A stretch of DNA of 64,000 nucleotides from a bacterium (GTDB lineage: Bacteria; SZUA-182; DTGQ01; JAFGSM01): positions 1 through 64,000 of the forward strand of contig JBLIRO010000019.1 in NCBI GenBank assembly GCA_049472335.1. The letters are read 5' to 3'. Below are positions 9,609 to 20,710 of the stretch, one piece after another (the first letter of the stretch is position 1; each line of letters opens with the position of its first letter). A model generated the notes under the pieces. It searched no databases. It was given only the letters and a program-made list of their open reading frames with translations, and was not told the DNA's origin. The position numbers were made by a program, and so were the translations under genes.

Positions 9609-10156
9609 TAGCAGGAAAATATCAAGGTATAGGGGGAAAGACCTTTTCATCTTTGCTTATCCACTGTTGTCCCTTTAATAATAAAATCTTTCCATGACTA
9701 AGGGATGAAAATAATACTTAACATCAAAAGACCTTATCTCTACTCAGGGCTGATTATCTTCTCTTTTCCTTTTTTCTCATCCCGTTGCAACCTGTAAATG
9801 TTTAATAAACATCTTTATTTCGAAGAAAAGGCTATTTGTTAACAAGCTGTTTTTATAGTTTTTTTCAGTTTAAATGATATTTTTAACTTATTATCTTAAA
9901 AATATTTGAATCAGATTAGATTTGTTGAAATCTAATTGATTCAAAGAAGTGTTCCCGATCGTCCTGACTTTTTCCTGCTAAGAGGTTTATCGCCTTTTAA
10001 TGAACAGGATATTAATAGATAAACACAATTCATAACAATATCTTTGTAATAAAAAATTGTTAACAGGAAGGGGATAACAATTTCAAGGCATATGTATCCA
10101 AGAAATAGATTAAAGGGAAACAGAGAAGTAAAAAGGGTAAAGGAGGTATAATTGGG

Positions 10157-13100
10157 ATGTCTGGGAAAAGAAAAGGATTATGCCATAAAGGATTTTTTCC
10201 TTTTATAATTACCTTGTTTTTTATTGCAGTTTTTTGTTCTATAAGCTATGGAAAAAATGAAGTCAATCTTGGGCTTGTTGGGAAATGGGGAAATACCGGA
10301 GATGTTCTAAGTGTGGAGATTTATCATGATAATAAATCTGACAGAGATTATATTTTATGCGGAAGAGGTACCGGTTTTGTTATTTTTGACGCAACGGATC
10401 CAAACCTTCCAATAGAGAAGGCATCTTTGAAGATCACTTCTTATGATATTGAATTGTACAATTATAATGATTCTGAGCGGATATATGCGTTATTGGCAAA
10501 TGGGGAAAATGGTCTCTCCATTATTGATATAACTGATTTAAATTCTCCCATCTATGCCGGGAAATTTGATACCTCTGGCTCAGCCAGGAGTGTAGCCATT
10601 TCTGGTAACTATGCCTGTATTGCAGATGGTAGTAACGGTCTTGTGATTATAGATATAACTGATCCAGCCATCCCCACCTATGCCGGGGGAATTGATACTG
10701 ACGGATATGCTCAGGGTGTAGCCATTTCCGGTAACTATACCTATATTGCAGATGGTAGTAACGGTCTTGTGATTATAGATATAACCGATCCAACAAATCC
10801 CTTATTTTTTAGGGAGTTCTATTCCCCTGGGGACGTTCGGGGTGTAGCCATTTCCGGAAATTATGCCTATCTGGTTGGGAGGGGGCTAATAATCATGGAT
10901 ATTTCAGATCCAACCGATCCCATCTATGCTGGCGAAGTTAGCACCGGCGGTACTACCAATGATGTAGCCATCTCCGGCAATTATGCCTATTTGGCTGCTG
11001 CGTTTAATAAACTTTTAGTCATCAATATAACCGATCCTACAGCACCTACTCTTGAAGAAGTGATATTTAATATTCCTGGAATGGCTCATAGAATAGCCAT
11101 TTCCGGCAGCTTTGCCTATGTGGCTTCCAGAGGCAATATTCTAAGTAATTTGCATAGTGGCCTATCGATCTTTGATATAACCGATCCGGTTGCTCCCACC
11201 TATACCGGGGGAGTTGACACCTCTGGATTTGCTAAAAGTCTATCTATATCTGAAAATGGAAATTATGCATATATCCCATTTTTGGATAGTGGACTTATGA
11301 TTGTGGATATCACAAATCCGGAAGTCCCTGCCTATACCGGTGGATTTGATACCCCTGGGCTGGCTTATTGTGTAGACACCTCTGGTAATTATGCCTATGT
11401 TGCTGATCATGAAAACGGCCTTGTGATCATCGACATAACAGATCCGGAAGCTCCTGCCTATACCGGTGGATTTGATACCCCCGGGTGGGCTGATAATGTA
11501 TGCGTTTCGGGAAACTATGCCTATGTGGCCGATAGGGTGGAGGGACTTGCTATTATAGATATAAGCGATCCGACAAACCCTGCCTATAAAGGTGGATTTG
11601 ATACCCCTGGGGATGCCTGGAGTGTGACAATCTCAGAAAATTATGCCTATATTGCTGATTATGGTAATGGTCTTGTAATCGTAGATATATCCGATCCAAC
11701 CAATCCTGCCTATACAGGAGGATATAACACCCCAGGAGCGGCTCAGAGGGTAGCCATTTCTGGTAATTATGCCTATATTGCTGATTATACTAATGGTCTT
11801 GTAATCATAGATATAACCGACCCAACCAATCCTACCTATGTTGGAAAATTTGATGCCCTTGAATCTGCTCTGGATGTAGCCATCTCCGGTAACTATGCCT
11901 ATGTCGAAGATGGTTATAATGGCCTTATTGTAATTATAGATATATCCGATCAAACCAATCCTACCTGTGCCGGGAGATTTGATAGCCATGGAGCTGTTAC
12001 AGATATAACCATCTCCGGCAACTATGCCTATGTAGCAGCGGGTTACAATGGCCTCTCCATTTTCCGGATCATAGACACATCGACTACACAGGGGAACCTC
12101 ATATTATTTTCAGGCGGCCCGGCATATGCCACTACAAATCCTTTTTGGCCTCCTTCACAGGCCTTAGCCAATCTTGTCTATTCAAGCTTTATAGATCAAG
12201 GTTATCCCCAATATTCCATTTATTATGTTAATCCTAATCCTAATCAAGACATTAATAAAGACGGCACCTTAGATCCTATGGTGGTTGATGACTTTACCCC
12301 CACAGTGGATGATATCAAATACGCCATTACCGATTGGGCCCTAAACCAGCTTAACACAGGGCCTCTATACATCTACCTTATAGGTCAGGGGGCAGAGGAC
12401 CAATTTCAGATAATGCCAGGGCAGATGATAACCGCCGGGGAATTAAGGGATTGTATTGATAACTTCCGGAATGGCTATACGGATGATCAAGGCGTCTACC
12501 ATCCGGGCACTGACCGGGAAGTATTGGTAATCCTGGAATCTATCGCCTCAGACACGTTTATCGATGATCTCACAGGGGATGATATCACAGTCATTACCTC
12601 TGATGGTGATGGGCCCTCTTACACGGATGTAGATGTTATGTTTATGGATAGAGTCCCGAATTATCCTTATGATGCGAGTAAAAATACCCCTGAAGCAGGG
12701 GATACCGTGACATTTGTCGCCCATGTGAAAATACCTGAAAGTCCTTATCTCCCTATGCTACAAACGAAATTTATCTGGTTTATGGATGGCATACAGATTG
12801 GGAATGGGATTGTATATCTTGAGCAGGGGCAAGATAATACGGTTTCGATCGATTGGATATGGGACAATAAAAGACACGAGATAATGATCGTATTTGATCC
12901 TGAGAATTCTATCATAGAACAGTCTGAAGAAAATAATATATTGTATGATTTTACTGATGCCTTAATAGTGGGTATAGCGGTAGAAAAAGGTCTGGTTGAA
13001 GCTTTTCCGGCTTTTCAAAGGGACCTGGGTATAGAATCTCTCTCATTTGAAGACTGGTTTCAGAGGCAGATAAAGATCTGGAATATGGTCCTGATGGAAA

Positions 13101-16100
13101 AGGCCGGAGAGATGAAATCCGATACTCTGCTTGATATTCAGGACAGGGTTAGGGGGGTCATCAGCTACCATGAGGATGGAAGCCTTATGGGAGGGAATTG
13201 CCCCTTGGTCTGGAAGGATGTTGATATGCTATGGGGTAAACTTGCATCCGATATCCAAGGGTATTCAGAAAGTAAATGGGCGTGGTTTTACGAAGGCTCC
13301 TTACCTCATGAGCTAAGTCACGCCAGGTATTTGCCTGATACTTATATATTGGATTTAGGGGCCTCATGCATTGAAATTATTGATGACAGCGGTTATTTAG
13401 TTACTAATACCCAGTATATGCCTCCCTTTAGCTGGAATGTTGTGTATTATAATAAAAATCAGGGAATGATGTCTGCTGATTATGCGGGTAGATATAGTAT
13501 ATTCAATGCGTATTTATTGAATAGGATAGCGGGAGCAAGGGCGCAGGGATGTAATACGAACGGATGCTGCAGTCACGATACCGATTGGTATGCAGTGGAT
13601 TTTCCTGAATCCATGTTTTTAAAGATACTGCATATGGATAGTTCTCCCTGGGTGGATGCAAGGCTGGATATATATACGAGACAGGGCACTTATGGAAATG
13701 TAAAGGTTGACAATATCATTGATTACACATTATTCACTGACTCAGACGGAAGGGCCCTTCTTCCTGCCAATGTCTTTACAAACTACAGCCAGGAATTCGT
13801 GTTAAAAATCAGCTCTCCTAACGGATCTCAAAGAGAATATCGTTTTGTTGAAAGAACAGACTTTCATATGGCATTTTGGGGAGGGGCTAAAGATTCTTTT
13901 GACTACATCATAAGAACTGATTTTGATCCTGTACCTGTTGCAGATAAAGTAGAAAATGTTTGGGGTCACAAAAGGGGTGAGACCTTTGACCTGACCTTTA
14001 AAGGGAGGAATTTTAAGGAAGGAGGTTATATCAGATTCAGCAATAGTGAAGTCGTGTGTAATAGTATTAGTTATATAAGCGAAAATGAAGTCAGGGTGAA
14101 TATCACACTTCCAGAAAATAATGTCCGGGGGAGCATAGGCTTCAGATTATATAATCCTGACGGAAAGTTTGTGAGAGTAAAAGATCCCTATGAGCAGGCG
14201 ATCAATATAACGTTTGAAAACACCAAGCCTTACGCAATCTTTACTGCATATGATATTGGAGACAGCATTCCCGGGGCCTATTATTTTAACGGATTGTGGT
14301 CATATGATTGGGGGAGGTTATTCAAAGGAATCGATGGACCTTTGCCTTTAGAGGGGACCGGACCAATAGCATCATATGAATGGGATTTCGGGGATGGCAG
14401 CACATACAGTTATGAACCATATACTATTCATAATTATATCAATCCCGGAACTTATAATGTTACACTGACAGTAACGGATATGGATGGGGAAAAGGCATCA
14501 ATTACTGAGACGATTGTTCTCAATGGGCAAACCTTCTATCGAGATGGAGATGAAGATGGCTATGGTGATGCGTCTGAATCAATTCAGGCGTTTATAGCTC
14601 CCGAAGGATATGTTGAATACAGTACAGACTGTGATGATACAGATCCTAATACTTATTTGGGAGCTTCGGAAATATTTGACGGCAGAGACAATGACTGCGA
14701 TGGTGAAATTCCATCTAATGAACGTCCTGTTGAAGGAAAGTGGTACGTCAATCCTGGAGAAAGCATTCAGGCAAGGATTAATCTTGCACAAAATGGTGAA
14801 ATCATCATTGTCCATCCCGGAACTTATATAGAAAATATTAACTTTTTGGGTAAGGCTATTACAGTCCGGAGCATAGATCCCAATGATCCTGATATCGTGG
14901 CCTCAACCATTATTGATGGCAACCAGGTGGATTGTGTGATTAATTTCAGCAATGGAGAAGATCCAAACTCTGTGCTAAAGGGAATGACCATACAAAATGG
15001 AGCAGGCCGCCTTTATGGTGGCGGGATTTTGTGTGACTCCTCCCATCCGAGCATAATAAATTGTGTCATTAGTGGAAATTCAGCCAGTAATGGCAGCGGG
15101 ATTGCTTGCTTAGATTTATACCCAATAGATTTATTTTCACCGAGAATAATCAATTGTATCATTAGCGGAAATTCGGCTTGGAACGGCGGCGGGATTTTTT
15201 GTGACTCCTCCTCGCCTAGAATAATCAATTGTAATATTAGTGGTAATTCGGCTGATAATTGCGGCGGCGGAATTGATTGCCAAGATTCCTCACCGATCAT
15301 AACCAATTGTACCATTAGCGAAAATTCTGATGACGGAATTTATTGCGTTTACTACTCCTCACCGATCATAACCAATTGTACCATTAGCGCAAATTTTGGC
15401 GATGGGATTTCTTGCAAAGGGGCCTGTTCGCCGTATATAAGAAATTGTACCATTAGTGCAAATTCGGAGGATGGCATTTATTGCGTTTACGATCCCACAC
15501 AATTTGTTCCCAACTCTTCACCACAAATTATAAACAGCATCATTTGGGGAAATAGACTGAGCGAGATATCTTGTAACACAGCTACAATCTTCTATTCTTG
15601 CATTAAGGGAGGCTACGGTGATCCGAATGCAACATACAATATCGATTGTAATCCCCAATTTATAGATCCGAATGCAGGAGACTATCATTTGCAGCCCACT
15701 TCTTGTTGTATCGATGCGGGCAACAATAATGATTGCCCTTCAGAAGACAAGGATGGCATCACAAGACCCCAGGATGGTAATGGTGATGATATAGCCATAT
15801 GTGATATGGGAGCTTATGAGTATCCCGAGATACATTGCACCTATACAATCTCATCCACAGAAGCAGCCTTTGATTCCTCGGGAGGTACAGGAATCATAAC
15901 TGTAACCGCACCCTGGGGATGCTCATGGGAGGTATTAAACAACGACCCTGAATGGATAACCATAACCTCAGGCAGCAGCGGAAGCGGAACCGGGTCGGTT
16001 AATTATACTGTCGAAGTCAATTTGGGATCCGAAGAAAGAACAGGTACGATAAATATAGCAGGTAAAACCTTCCTGGTTAAACAAGGAATAAGGTCCTGCA

Positions 16101-19100
16101 ATGCCGTTCGCTCAGTACCGGGTTATACACCCGGTTATCCTGTCACAATAACAATAGAGGTGTCTCCGGATGCTCAAACATCAGCCTATGCCGTTGAGGA
16201 GACCCCGCCTGAAGGATGGCAGATAGATACAAATAGTATAAATCAAAATGGTGAATGGGATAGCGTTAATAAAAAGGTCAAATGGGGGCCGTTTTTTGAT
16301 AATAGCTCAAGGACACTGACATATAAGGTTGAAGCGCCATGTAGTGCACCCGTATGCAATCCTGTATCCGGAACCGCAAGTTTCAATGGAGCAGACCAAT
16401 CAATCTGCGGAGATGGTGAGATATGTGAAGGACCTAAACATCCGGCCGACACAAATGGTGATTGGCGAATAACAATAAATGAAGTAACAGGATACGGATC
16501 TGCCTGGAAAAAAGGTGAAGTATGGTCTGTCGGTCCCAACCCCATCCAAATCAATTATGTAACAAATGCCGGATTTATTTGGAAGAAGGGGGAGTTTTAT
16601 CATTATGTTCCTGAGATTCTTCCACCCCTTTGTTGGCAATCATCAGTGACTCAGCCTTGTGAAGAACCCTCAGTCACACAACCAGCAGCCAGAAAGCGGG
16701 AAACACAGGAGGAGCCGATCCTTAGCTACAGTTTCGATCCCAATTCATATATACCTGGTCAGCCGGTAACTGTAACTATAGAAGTAACCCCTTCTGAATC
16801 CACCATAGCGTACGCTTTAGAGGACGGGCCGCCCGAAGGATGGCAGGTTGATTCAGGCAATATAAATTATAGCGGCGCATGGGATAGTGTTAACAAAAAG
16901 GTCAAGTGGGGCCCATTTTTTGATAACGATCAAAGGGCATTTACATATATAGTTACGCCTCCCCCCGGTGAATCCGGCATAAAGGATTTTCATGGCGTAT
17001 TTTCTCCTGACGGGGGTATTTTTGATATAAAAAGGGAGATAGCCAAAGACATCTGTGACAAAGAGATATGTGATGGCAAGGACAATGATTGTGACGGCGT
17101 CATTGATGATCCCGATGAACTCCCCTATGAAACCTATTACCATGACGGAGATTATGATGGTTATGGAGATCCTAATGATAGCCTTTATGATTGCAGGCAG
17201 CCCGAAGGATATATATCAAATGCGGAAGACTGTAATGACAACGATCCAAACGCTTACCCTGGCGCTTCGGAGCTGTGTGACGGTATAGACAATAATTGTG
17301 ACGGCATTATCGATAGAATGGAGCGGGCCTGTTCAACTAAGTGTGGTACCGGTGTAGAGACATGTATGAATGGTCAATGGGTTGATTGCTCGGCACCGTC
17401 CCTGCCCTGCCCCTGTTTATTCACAGCAGAAATAAAAGCCACTGGACAGCTAATAACCGGTCTTGAAGATTATGTAAGCAAGGTCCAAATAGGCATAGAT
17501 ACTGATGCATATACCCTAAAAAGCCCGCCTTTCCCACCCCCGGATTATACCGTTATATTGAACATTGCTGGCGAAGAGGAAAACTATAAGGAAGACATCA
17601 GGGCTCAAGGCCCTGAAGAGCAGGAATGGCGATTGAACATGACGATAGGGGAAACGGCTGATCCCATCTACTTGGGTTACTTCCCGGTATTAAGCTGGGA
17701 TACTAATGAAATCTGTCCACCGGATCCGAACACCGGCTATCTGAGATTATACTCAGAAGATGCACAAGGCGTGCGTACTCTCCTTATTTCGGACATGTCT
17801 CAGACCGGGCAGTACCAGACACAGGGAACAGAGGGACAGTACATTTCAGGGGAGGACATATATATATTCACCTATTATATAGTCTGGTCCAGGTGTGTGC
17901 CTGTTGTAATGAACTTCCAGGCAGGCTGGAGCATGGTGTCACTTCCGGTGGAGCCTCCTGATCCGACTTTATCAGAATTATTCAGGGATGCTGAAGTGAT
18001 GTATAGCTTTGAAAGGGCCTCAGGTTATGTGCGTGTGCTAAAGGGCGAAAAGCTGCAGGCCGGAAAAGGATACTGGATACTTTTTAATAAGAGCCAGAGC
18101 TATGAATTTTGCGGCAAGCCAATTCATTCCTATAGCATACCAGTATATGGTGACGGATGGGAGATGATCGGCGGATGTACATCCAAAGCCCGGCCTGTAA
18201 CAGATAGTTATGACATAGAGGTCATCTATGGGTATATGAGAGGTTCAGGGTATGAGAGGGTCCTTGACTCAGAATATATAGAACCTGGAAGGGGATATTG
18301 GATATTGCTTGAGGGCATAGTGGATCAGTGCCTGCTCACAGTAAAGGAGATACTACCCCTGAGCAGGCTTCGTACAGGTTCTGATTCCATAGTATATAAG
18401 TCAATGGATAGGTCAGTACCACAAGATAATATCTGGACTCTGGTTATCAAAGCCACAGGGCAGGGTGGTGATTCAAGCAGTGTCGGAATAGGTATAGATC
18501 CTGATGGTCAGGCTTATCCCTACCCACCCTTTAATCCCCCGGGATTTTCGGTTGTATTGAAGATTAAGGGAGATGGTAACTGGTATTATGGAGAAGACCT
18601 CAGAACACCCGGTCCTGAACAAAAGATATGGGAATTGAGCGTAATGGTGGGAGGAGAACAATTTGGAGGCGATGTTGACGCGAATCAGCCCGGCTTTTTC
18701 CCTGTATTATCCTGGGATCCCAATGAAATAGGTCCTGCACAGTTGATGGACCTTCGATTGGGGGATGCCAATGGTCCGGTTCTTTTGGATATGAGGACAT
18801 CTAACACCTACCAGACCCTTCAGGCAGATGCGGATGAATATCTTCCCGCGGATGATTATGCCAGCTTTTCATTTGCGGTAGTGTTAATGGAGGCCCCTCT
18901 GACATACTGCCGGGACGCGGATGGGGACGGATATGGTAATCCTGATGATGCGATCCAGTATGAAGCTCAGCAAGATCTACCACCTGGCTATGTCCAAAAT
19001 TGCGGAGACTGTAATGACAGCGATTCGACCATGTACCCGGATGCCCCTGAGCTTTGCGACGGCAAGGACAATGACTGTGACGGATCAGTACCCGCTGCAG

Positions 19101-20560
19101 AGACAAAAGATGCTGACGGAGACGGCTTTGTAGCCTGCAATGACTGTAATGATAATAATCCGGAGATATATCCAGGCGCCCCTGAGCTTTGCGACGGCAA
19201 GGACAATAATTGTGATCAGACCATCCCCTTTGACGAGTCGGATATTGACAGGGATGGATTTTTTATATGTGAAGGAGACTGTGACGACACCGATAATAAC
19301 GTATATCCAGGCGCCCCTGAGCTTTGTGACGGCAAGGACGATAATTGTAACGGGATCGGGGATGATGCCGACGCTATTGTATACAGTAACTATTACCTGG
19401 ATTCCGATGGTGATGGCCTTGGAGATCCCAACAACAGTCTTTATGATTGCAAACAGCCCGAAGGATATGTCCCGAACTCAAATGATTATGATGATACGTA
19501 TTTTGATGATTCTTATTATCCATTCTGGTATTACGACCTCCTACTATATTATGGATCCAGCGAAATGGACTATCTTATAATAGAAAAGCCCTTCATCCTT
19601 ATTCCCTTGCTGAACGGCTCTGCTGAAATTGATAATATCAGTCAGAACTGGCCGGATGATTATTGTTATTTTATGGCAGATCTAATTGTCGATTGGGAGT
19701 CGGACGTCCTGCTCGATCAGACAGCATATGTAGAATTAGGATTAGTAGGGTCCGATCTGGAAGGTATAATAATAAATCCTGAAAACTGGTCTGAGGATTT
19801 AGGCGTCCGGCTTCAATTGATCGACGTTCAGCAAGGAGAGACAGATATAACGGATCCAAACACCTTTACCGAAGCCAACTATATTGTAGCGGATTTCCGG
19901 GAGCCATCGGGACAGGCTGAGATAATGTGGTATGTGCTGGTGGAAATAAGCGAGGAGGGAAATTCGAATGCATCCGACTACTATCCTGTGCTTAGCTGGG
20001 ATCCCAATGATTTTAAGTGTATAGAAGCAAATCATACTAAATACGATTATCAATTGTTAAGGGGACTAGGAAGCAGTGGAATAGTTCTTGTGGATAATAT
20101 GGCGGACGCTGGTTCCTACCAGACATCTTCCCAGGATGGAGAATTGGTAAAATATTTTACTATCCTTGGTACCAAGGAACCCGAGGAAAAGGAAGAGGAA
20201 GACGATGAAGGCACACTCCCGAAAACTTCCAAACAAATCTTTCCCTGGCCGGGAACGATTACGGGTGGACTGGGTTGGTCTGGTTTCCCCCAGACAATAG
20301 AATTTTTTGGAGGACTGCCATCTCCGGTAAGATCAGGCTATCCACCCGGACTGAGCATACCCAGTTTTCCCGGTGCTTACACAGGATTTACCTATCCGGG
20401 AGGGATGTATAATGCGCAGACATCCTTTGTGCCCAGGTTTCCGTCGAAATTTCCCGTGATCGGGATATTTTCTCCTGTAGGACGGGGCTGGCATGGTAAT
20501 TATTGGACCGGGTATCCACTCCCAAGTCTTTCTCAGACGGGGTGGTTCTATACATATTGA
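10157..20560 (+). CDS. Giant secreted multidomain protein (3467 aa)
   Basis: AGGAGG RBS and signal peptide, then in order: ~14 LVIVD-type repeats; degenerate C13/caspase-like segment; CARDB; zincin motif HELSHARYLPD; Ig-like and PKD (YEWDFGDG); right-handed beta-helix; BACON; two paralogous VKWGPFFDN domains around a dockerin-like loop; many ELCDGKDNDCDG metal-binding motifs; GW...GYWI domain; three PVLSWD domains; Gly/Pro/aromatic tail. Confidence 0.9.
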   Translation: MSGKRKGLCHKGFFPFIITLFFIAVFCSISYGKNEVNLGLVGKWGNTGDVLSVEIYHDNKSDRDYILCGRGTGFVIFDATDPNLPIEKASLKITSYDIELYNYNDSERIYALLANGENGLSIIDITDLNSPIYAGKFDTSGSARSVAISGNYACIADGSNGLVIIDITDPAIPTYAGGIDTDGYAQGVAISGNYTYIADGSNGLVIIDITDPTNPLFFREFYSPGDVRGVAISGNYAYLVGRGLIIMDISDPTDPIYAGEVSTGGTTNDVAISGNYAYLAAAFNKLLVINITDPTAPTLEEVIFNIPGMAHRIAISGSFAYVASRGNILSNLHSGLSIFDITDPVAPTYTGGVDTSGFAKSLSISENGNYAYIPFLDSGLMIVDITNPEVPAYTGGFDTPGLAYCVDTSGNYAYVADHENGLVIIDITDPEAPAYTGGFDTPGWADNVCVSGNYAYVADRVEGLAIIDISDPTNPAYKGGFDTPGDAWSVTISENYAYIADYGNGLVIVDISDPTNPAYTGGYNTPGAAQRVAISGNYAYIADYTNGLVIIDITDPTNPTYVGKFDALESALDVAISGNYAYVEDGYNGLIVIIDISDQTNPTCAGRFDSHGAVTDITISGNYAYVAAGYNGLSIFRIIDTSTTQGNLILFSGGPAYATTNPFWPPSQALANLVYSSFIDQGYPQYSIYYVNPNPNQDINKDGTLDPMVVDDFTPTVDDIKYAITDWALNQLNTGPLYIYLIGQGAEDQFQIMPGQMITAGELRDCIDNFRNGYTDDQGVYHPGTDREVLVILESIASDTFIDDLTGDDITVITSDGDGPSYTDVDVMFMDRVPNYPYDASKNTPEAGDTVTFVAHVKIPESPYLPMLQTKFIWFMDGIQIGNGIVYLEQGQDNTVSIDWIWDNKRHEIMIVFDPENSIIEQSEENNILYDFTDALIVGIAVEKGLVEAFPAFQRDLGIESLSFEDWFQRQIKIWNMVLMEKAGEMKSDTLLDIQDRVRGVISYHEDGSLMGGNCPLVWKDVDMLWGKLASDIQGYSESKWAWFYEGSLPHELSHARYLPDTYILDLGASCIEIIDDSGYLVTNTQYMPPFSWNVVYYNKNQGMMSADYAGRYSIFNAYLLNRIAGARAQGCNTNGCCSHDTDWYAVDFPESMFLKILHMDSSPWVDARLDIYTRQGTYGNVKVDNIIDYTLFTDSDGRALLPANVFTNYSQEFVLKISSPNGSQREYRFVERTDFHMAFWGGAKDSFDYIIRTDFDPVPVADKVENVWGHKRGETFDLTFKGRNFKEGGYIRFSNSEVVCNSISYISENEVRVNITLPENNVRGSIGFRLYNPDGKFVRVKDPYEQAINITFENTKPYAIFTAYDIGDSIPGAYYFNGLWSYDWGRLFKGIDGPLPLEGTGPIASYEWDFGDGSTYSYEPYTIHNYINPGTYNVTLTVTDMDGEKASITETIVLNGQTFYRDGDEDGYGDASESIQAFIAPEGYVEYSTDCDDTDPNTYLGASEIFDGRDNDCDGEIPSNERPVEGKWYVNPGESIQARINLAQNGEIIIVHPGTYIENINFLGKAITVRSIDPNDPDIVASTIIDGNQVDCVINFSNGEDPNSVLKGMTIQNGAGRLYGGGILCDSSHPSIINCVISGNSASNGSGIACLDLYPIDLFSPRIINCIISGNSAWNGGGIFCDSSSPRIINCNISGNSADNCGGGIDCQDSSPIITNCTISENSDDGIYCVYYSSPIITNCTISANFGDGISCKGACSPYIRNCTISANSEDGIYCVYDPTQFVPNSSPQIINSIIWGNRLSEISCNTATIFYSCIKGGYGDPNATYNIDCNPQFIDPNAGDYHLQPTSCCIDAGNNNDCPSEDKDGITRPQDGNGDDIAICDMGAYEYPEIHCTYTISSTEAAFDSSGGTGIITVTAPWGCSWEVLNNDPEWITITSGSSGSGTGSVNYTVEVNLGSEERTGTINIAGKTFLVKQGIRSCNAVRSVPGYTPGYPVTITIEVSPDAQTSAYAVEETPPEGWQIDTNSINQNGEWDSVNKKVKWGPFFDNSSRTLTYKVEAPCSAPVCNPVSGTASFNGADQSICGDGEICEGPKHPADTNGDWRITINEVTGYGSAWKKGEVWSVGPNPIQINYVTNAGFIWKKGEFYHYVPEILPPLCWQSSVTQPCEEPSVTQPAARKRETQEEPILSYSFDPNSYIPGQPVTVTIEVTPSESTIAYALEDGPPEGWQVDSGNINYSGAWDSVNKKVKWGPFFDNDQRAFTYIVTPPPGESGIKDFHGVFSPDGGIFDIKREIAKDICDKEICDGKDNDCDGVIDDPDELPYETYYHDGDYDGYGDPNDSLYDCRQPEGYISNAEDCNDNDPNAYPGASELCDGIDNNCDGIIDRMERACSTKCGTGVETCMNGQWVDCSAPSLPCPCLFTAEIKATGQLITGLEDYVSKVQIGIDTDAYTLKSPPFPPPDYTVILNIAGEEENYKEDIRAQGPEEQEWRLNMTIGETADPIYLGYFPVLSWDTNEICPPDPNTGYLRLYSEDAQGVRTLLISDMSQTGQYQTQGTEGQYISGEDIYIFTYYIVWSRCVPVVMNFQAGWSMVSLPVEPPDPTLSELFRDAEVMYSFERASGYVRVLKGEKLQAGKGYWILFNKSQSYEFCGKPIHSYSIPVYGDGWEMIGGCTSKARPVTDSYDIEVIYGYMRGSGYERVLDSEYIEPGRGYWILLEGIVDQCLLTVKEILPLSRLRTGSDSIVYKSMDRSVPQDNIWTLVIKATGQGGDSSSVGIGIDPDGQAYPYPPFNPPGFSVVLKIKGDGNWYYGEDLRTPGPEQKIWELSVMVGGEQFGGDVDANQPGFFPVLSWDPNEIGPAQLMDLRLGDANGPVLLDMRTSNTYQTLQADADEYLPADDYASFSFAVVLMEAPLTYCRDADGDGYGNPDDAIQYEAQQDLPPGYVQNCGDCNDSDSTMYPDAPELCDGKDNDCDGSVPAAETKDADGDGFVACNDCNDNNPEIYPGAPELCDGKDNNCDQTIPFDESDIDRDGFFICEGDCDDTDNNVYPGAPELCDGKDDNCNGIGDDADAIVYSNYYLDSDGDGLGDPNNSLYDCKQPEGYVPNSNDYDDTYFDDSYYPFWYYDLLLYYGSSEMDYLIIEKPFILIPLLNGSAEIDNISQNWPDDYCYFMADLIVDWESDVLLDQTAYVELGLVGSDLEGIIINPENWSEDLGVRLQLIDVQQGETDITDPNTFTEANYIVADFREPSGQAEIMWYVLVEISEEGNSNASDYYPVLSWDPNDFKCIEANHTKYDYQLLRGLGSSGIVLVDNMADAGSYQTSSQDGELVKYFTILGTKEPEEKEEEDDEGTLPKTSKQIFPWPGTITGGLGWSGFPQTIEFFGGLPSPVRSGYPPGLSIPSFPGAYTGFTYPGGMYNAQTSFVPRFPSKFPVIGIFSPVGRGWHGNYWTGYPLPSLSQTGWFYTY
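10480..12070 (+). repeat. Coding tandem repeats (~126-bp unit) encoding LVIVD blades
   Basis: Recurrent VAISGNYAYIADxxNGLVIIDITDPTNP units, also similar at DNA level. Confidence 0.9.
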
Positions 20561-20628
20561 TAACTGAGCAAAATAATTTAATTTAAAAAAAACTCGAGAA
20601 AACTCATTATAGTTGAGGAAAACAAGGC

Positions 20629-20661
20629 TGCTCCGGGAGGTTTAGGTCGCTTCTCGGAGCA
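20629..20661. terminator. Hairpin between convergent genes
   Basis: TGCTCCGGGAGG...CTTCTCGGAGCA. Confidence 0.5.
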
Positions 20662-20710
20662 TTCGTTGCTTCCCTGAGCAATAAAACAGATTTAATCCCT
20701 GAAAGACAAA

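Noticed and set aside
10480..19500. Diversity-generating retroelement suggested by near-duplicate segments in the giant gene
   Set aside because: The duplicates are in-frame domain repeats with no evident adenine-specific variation, and there is no reverse transcriptase in the window.
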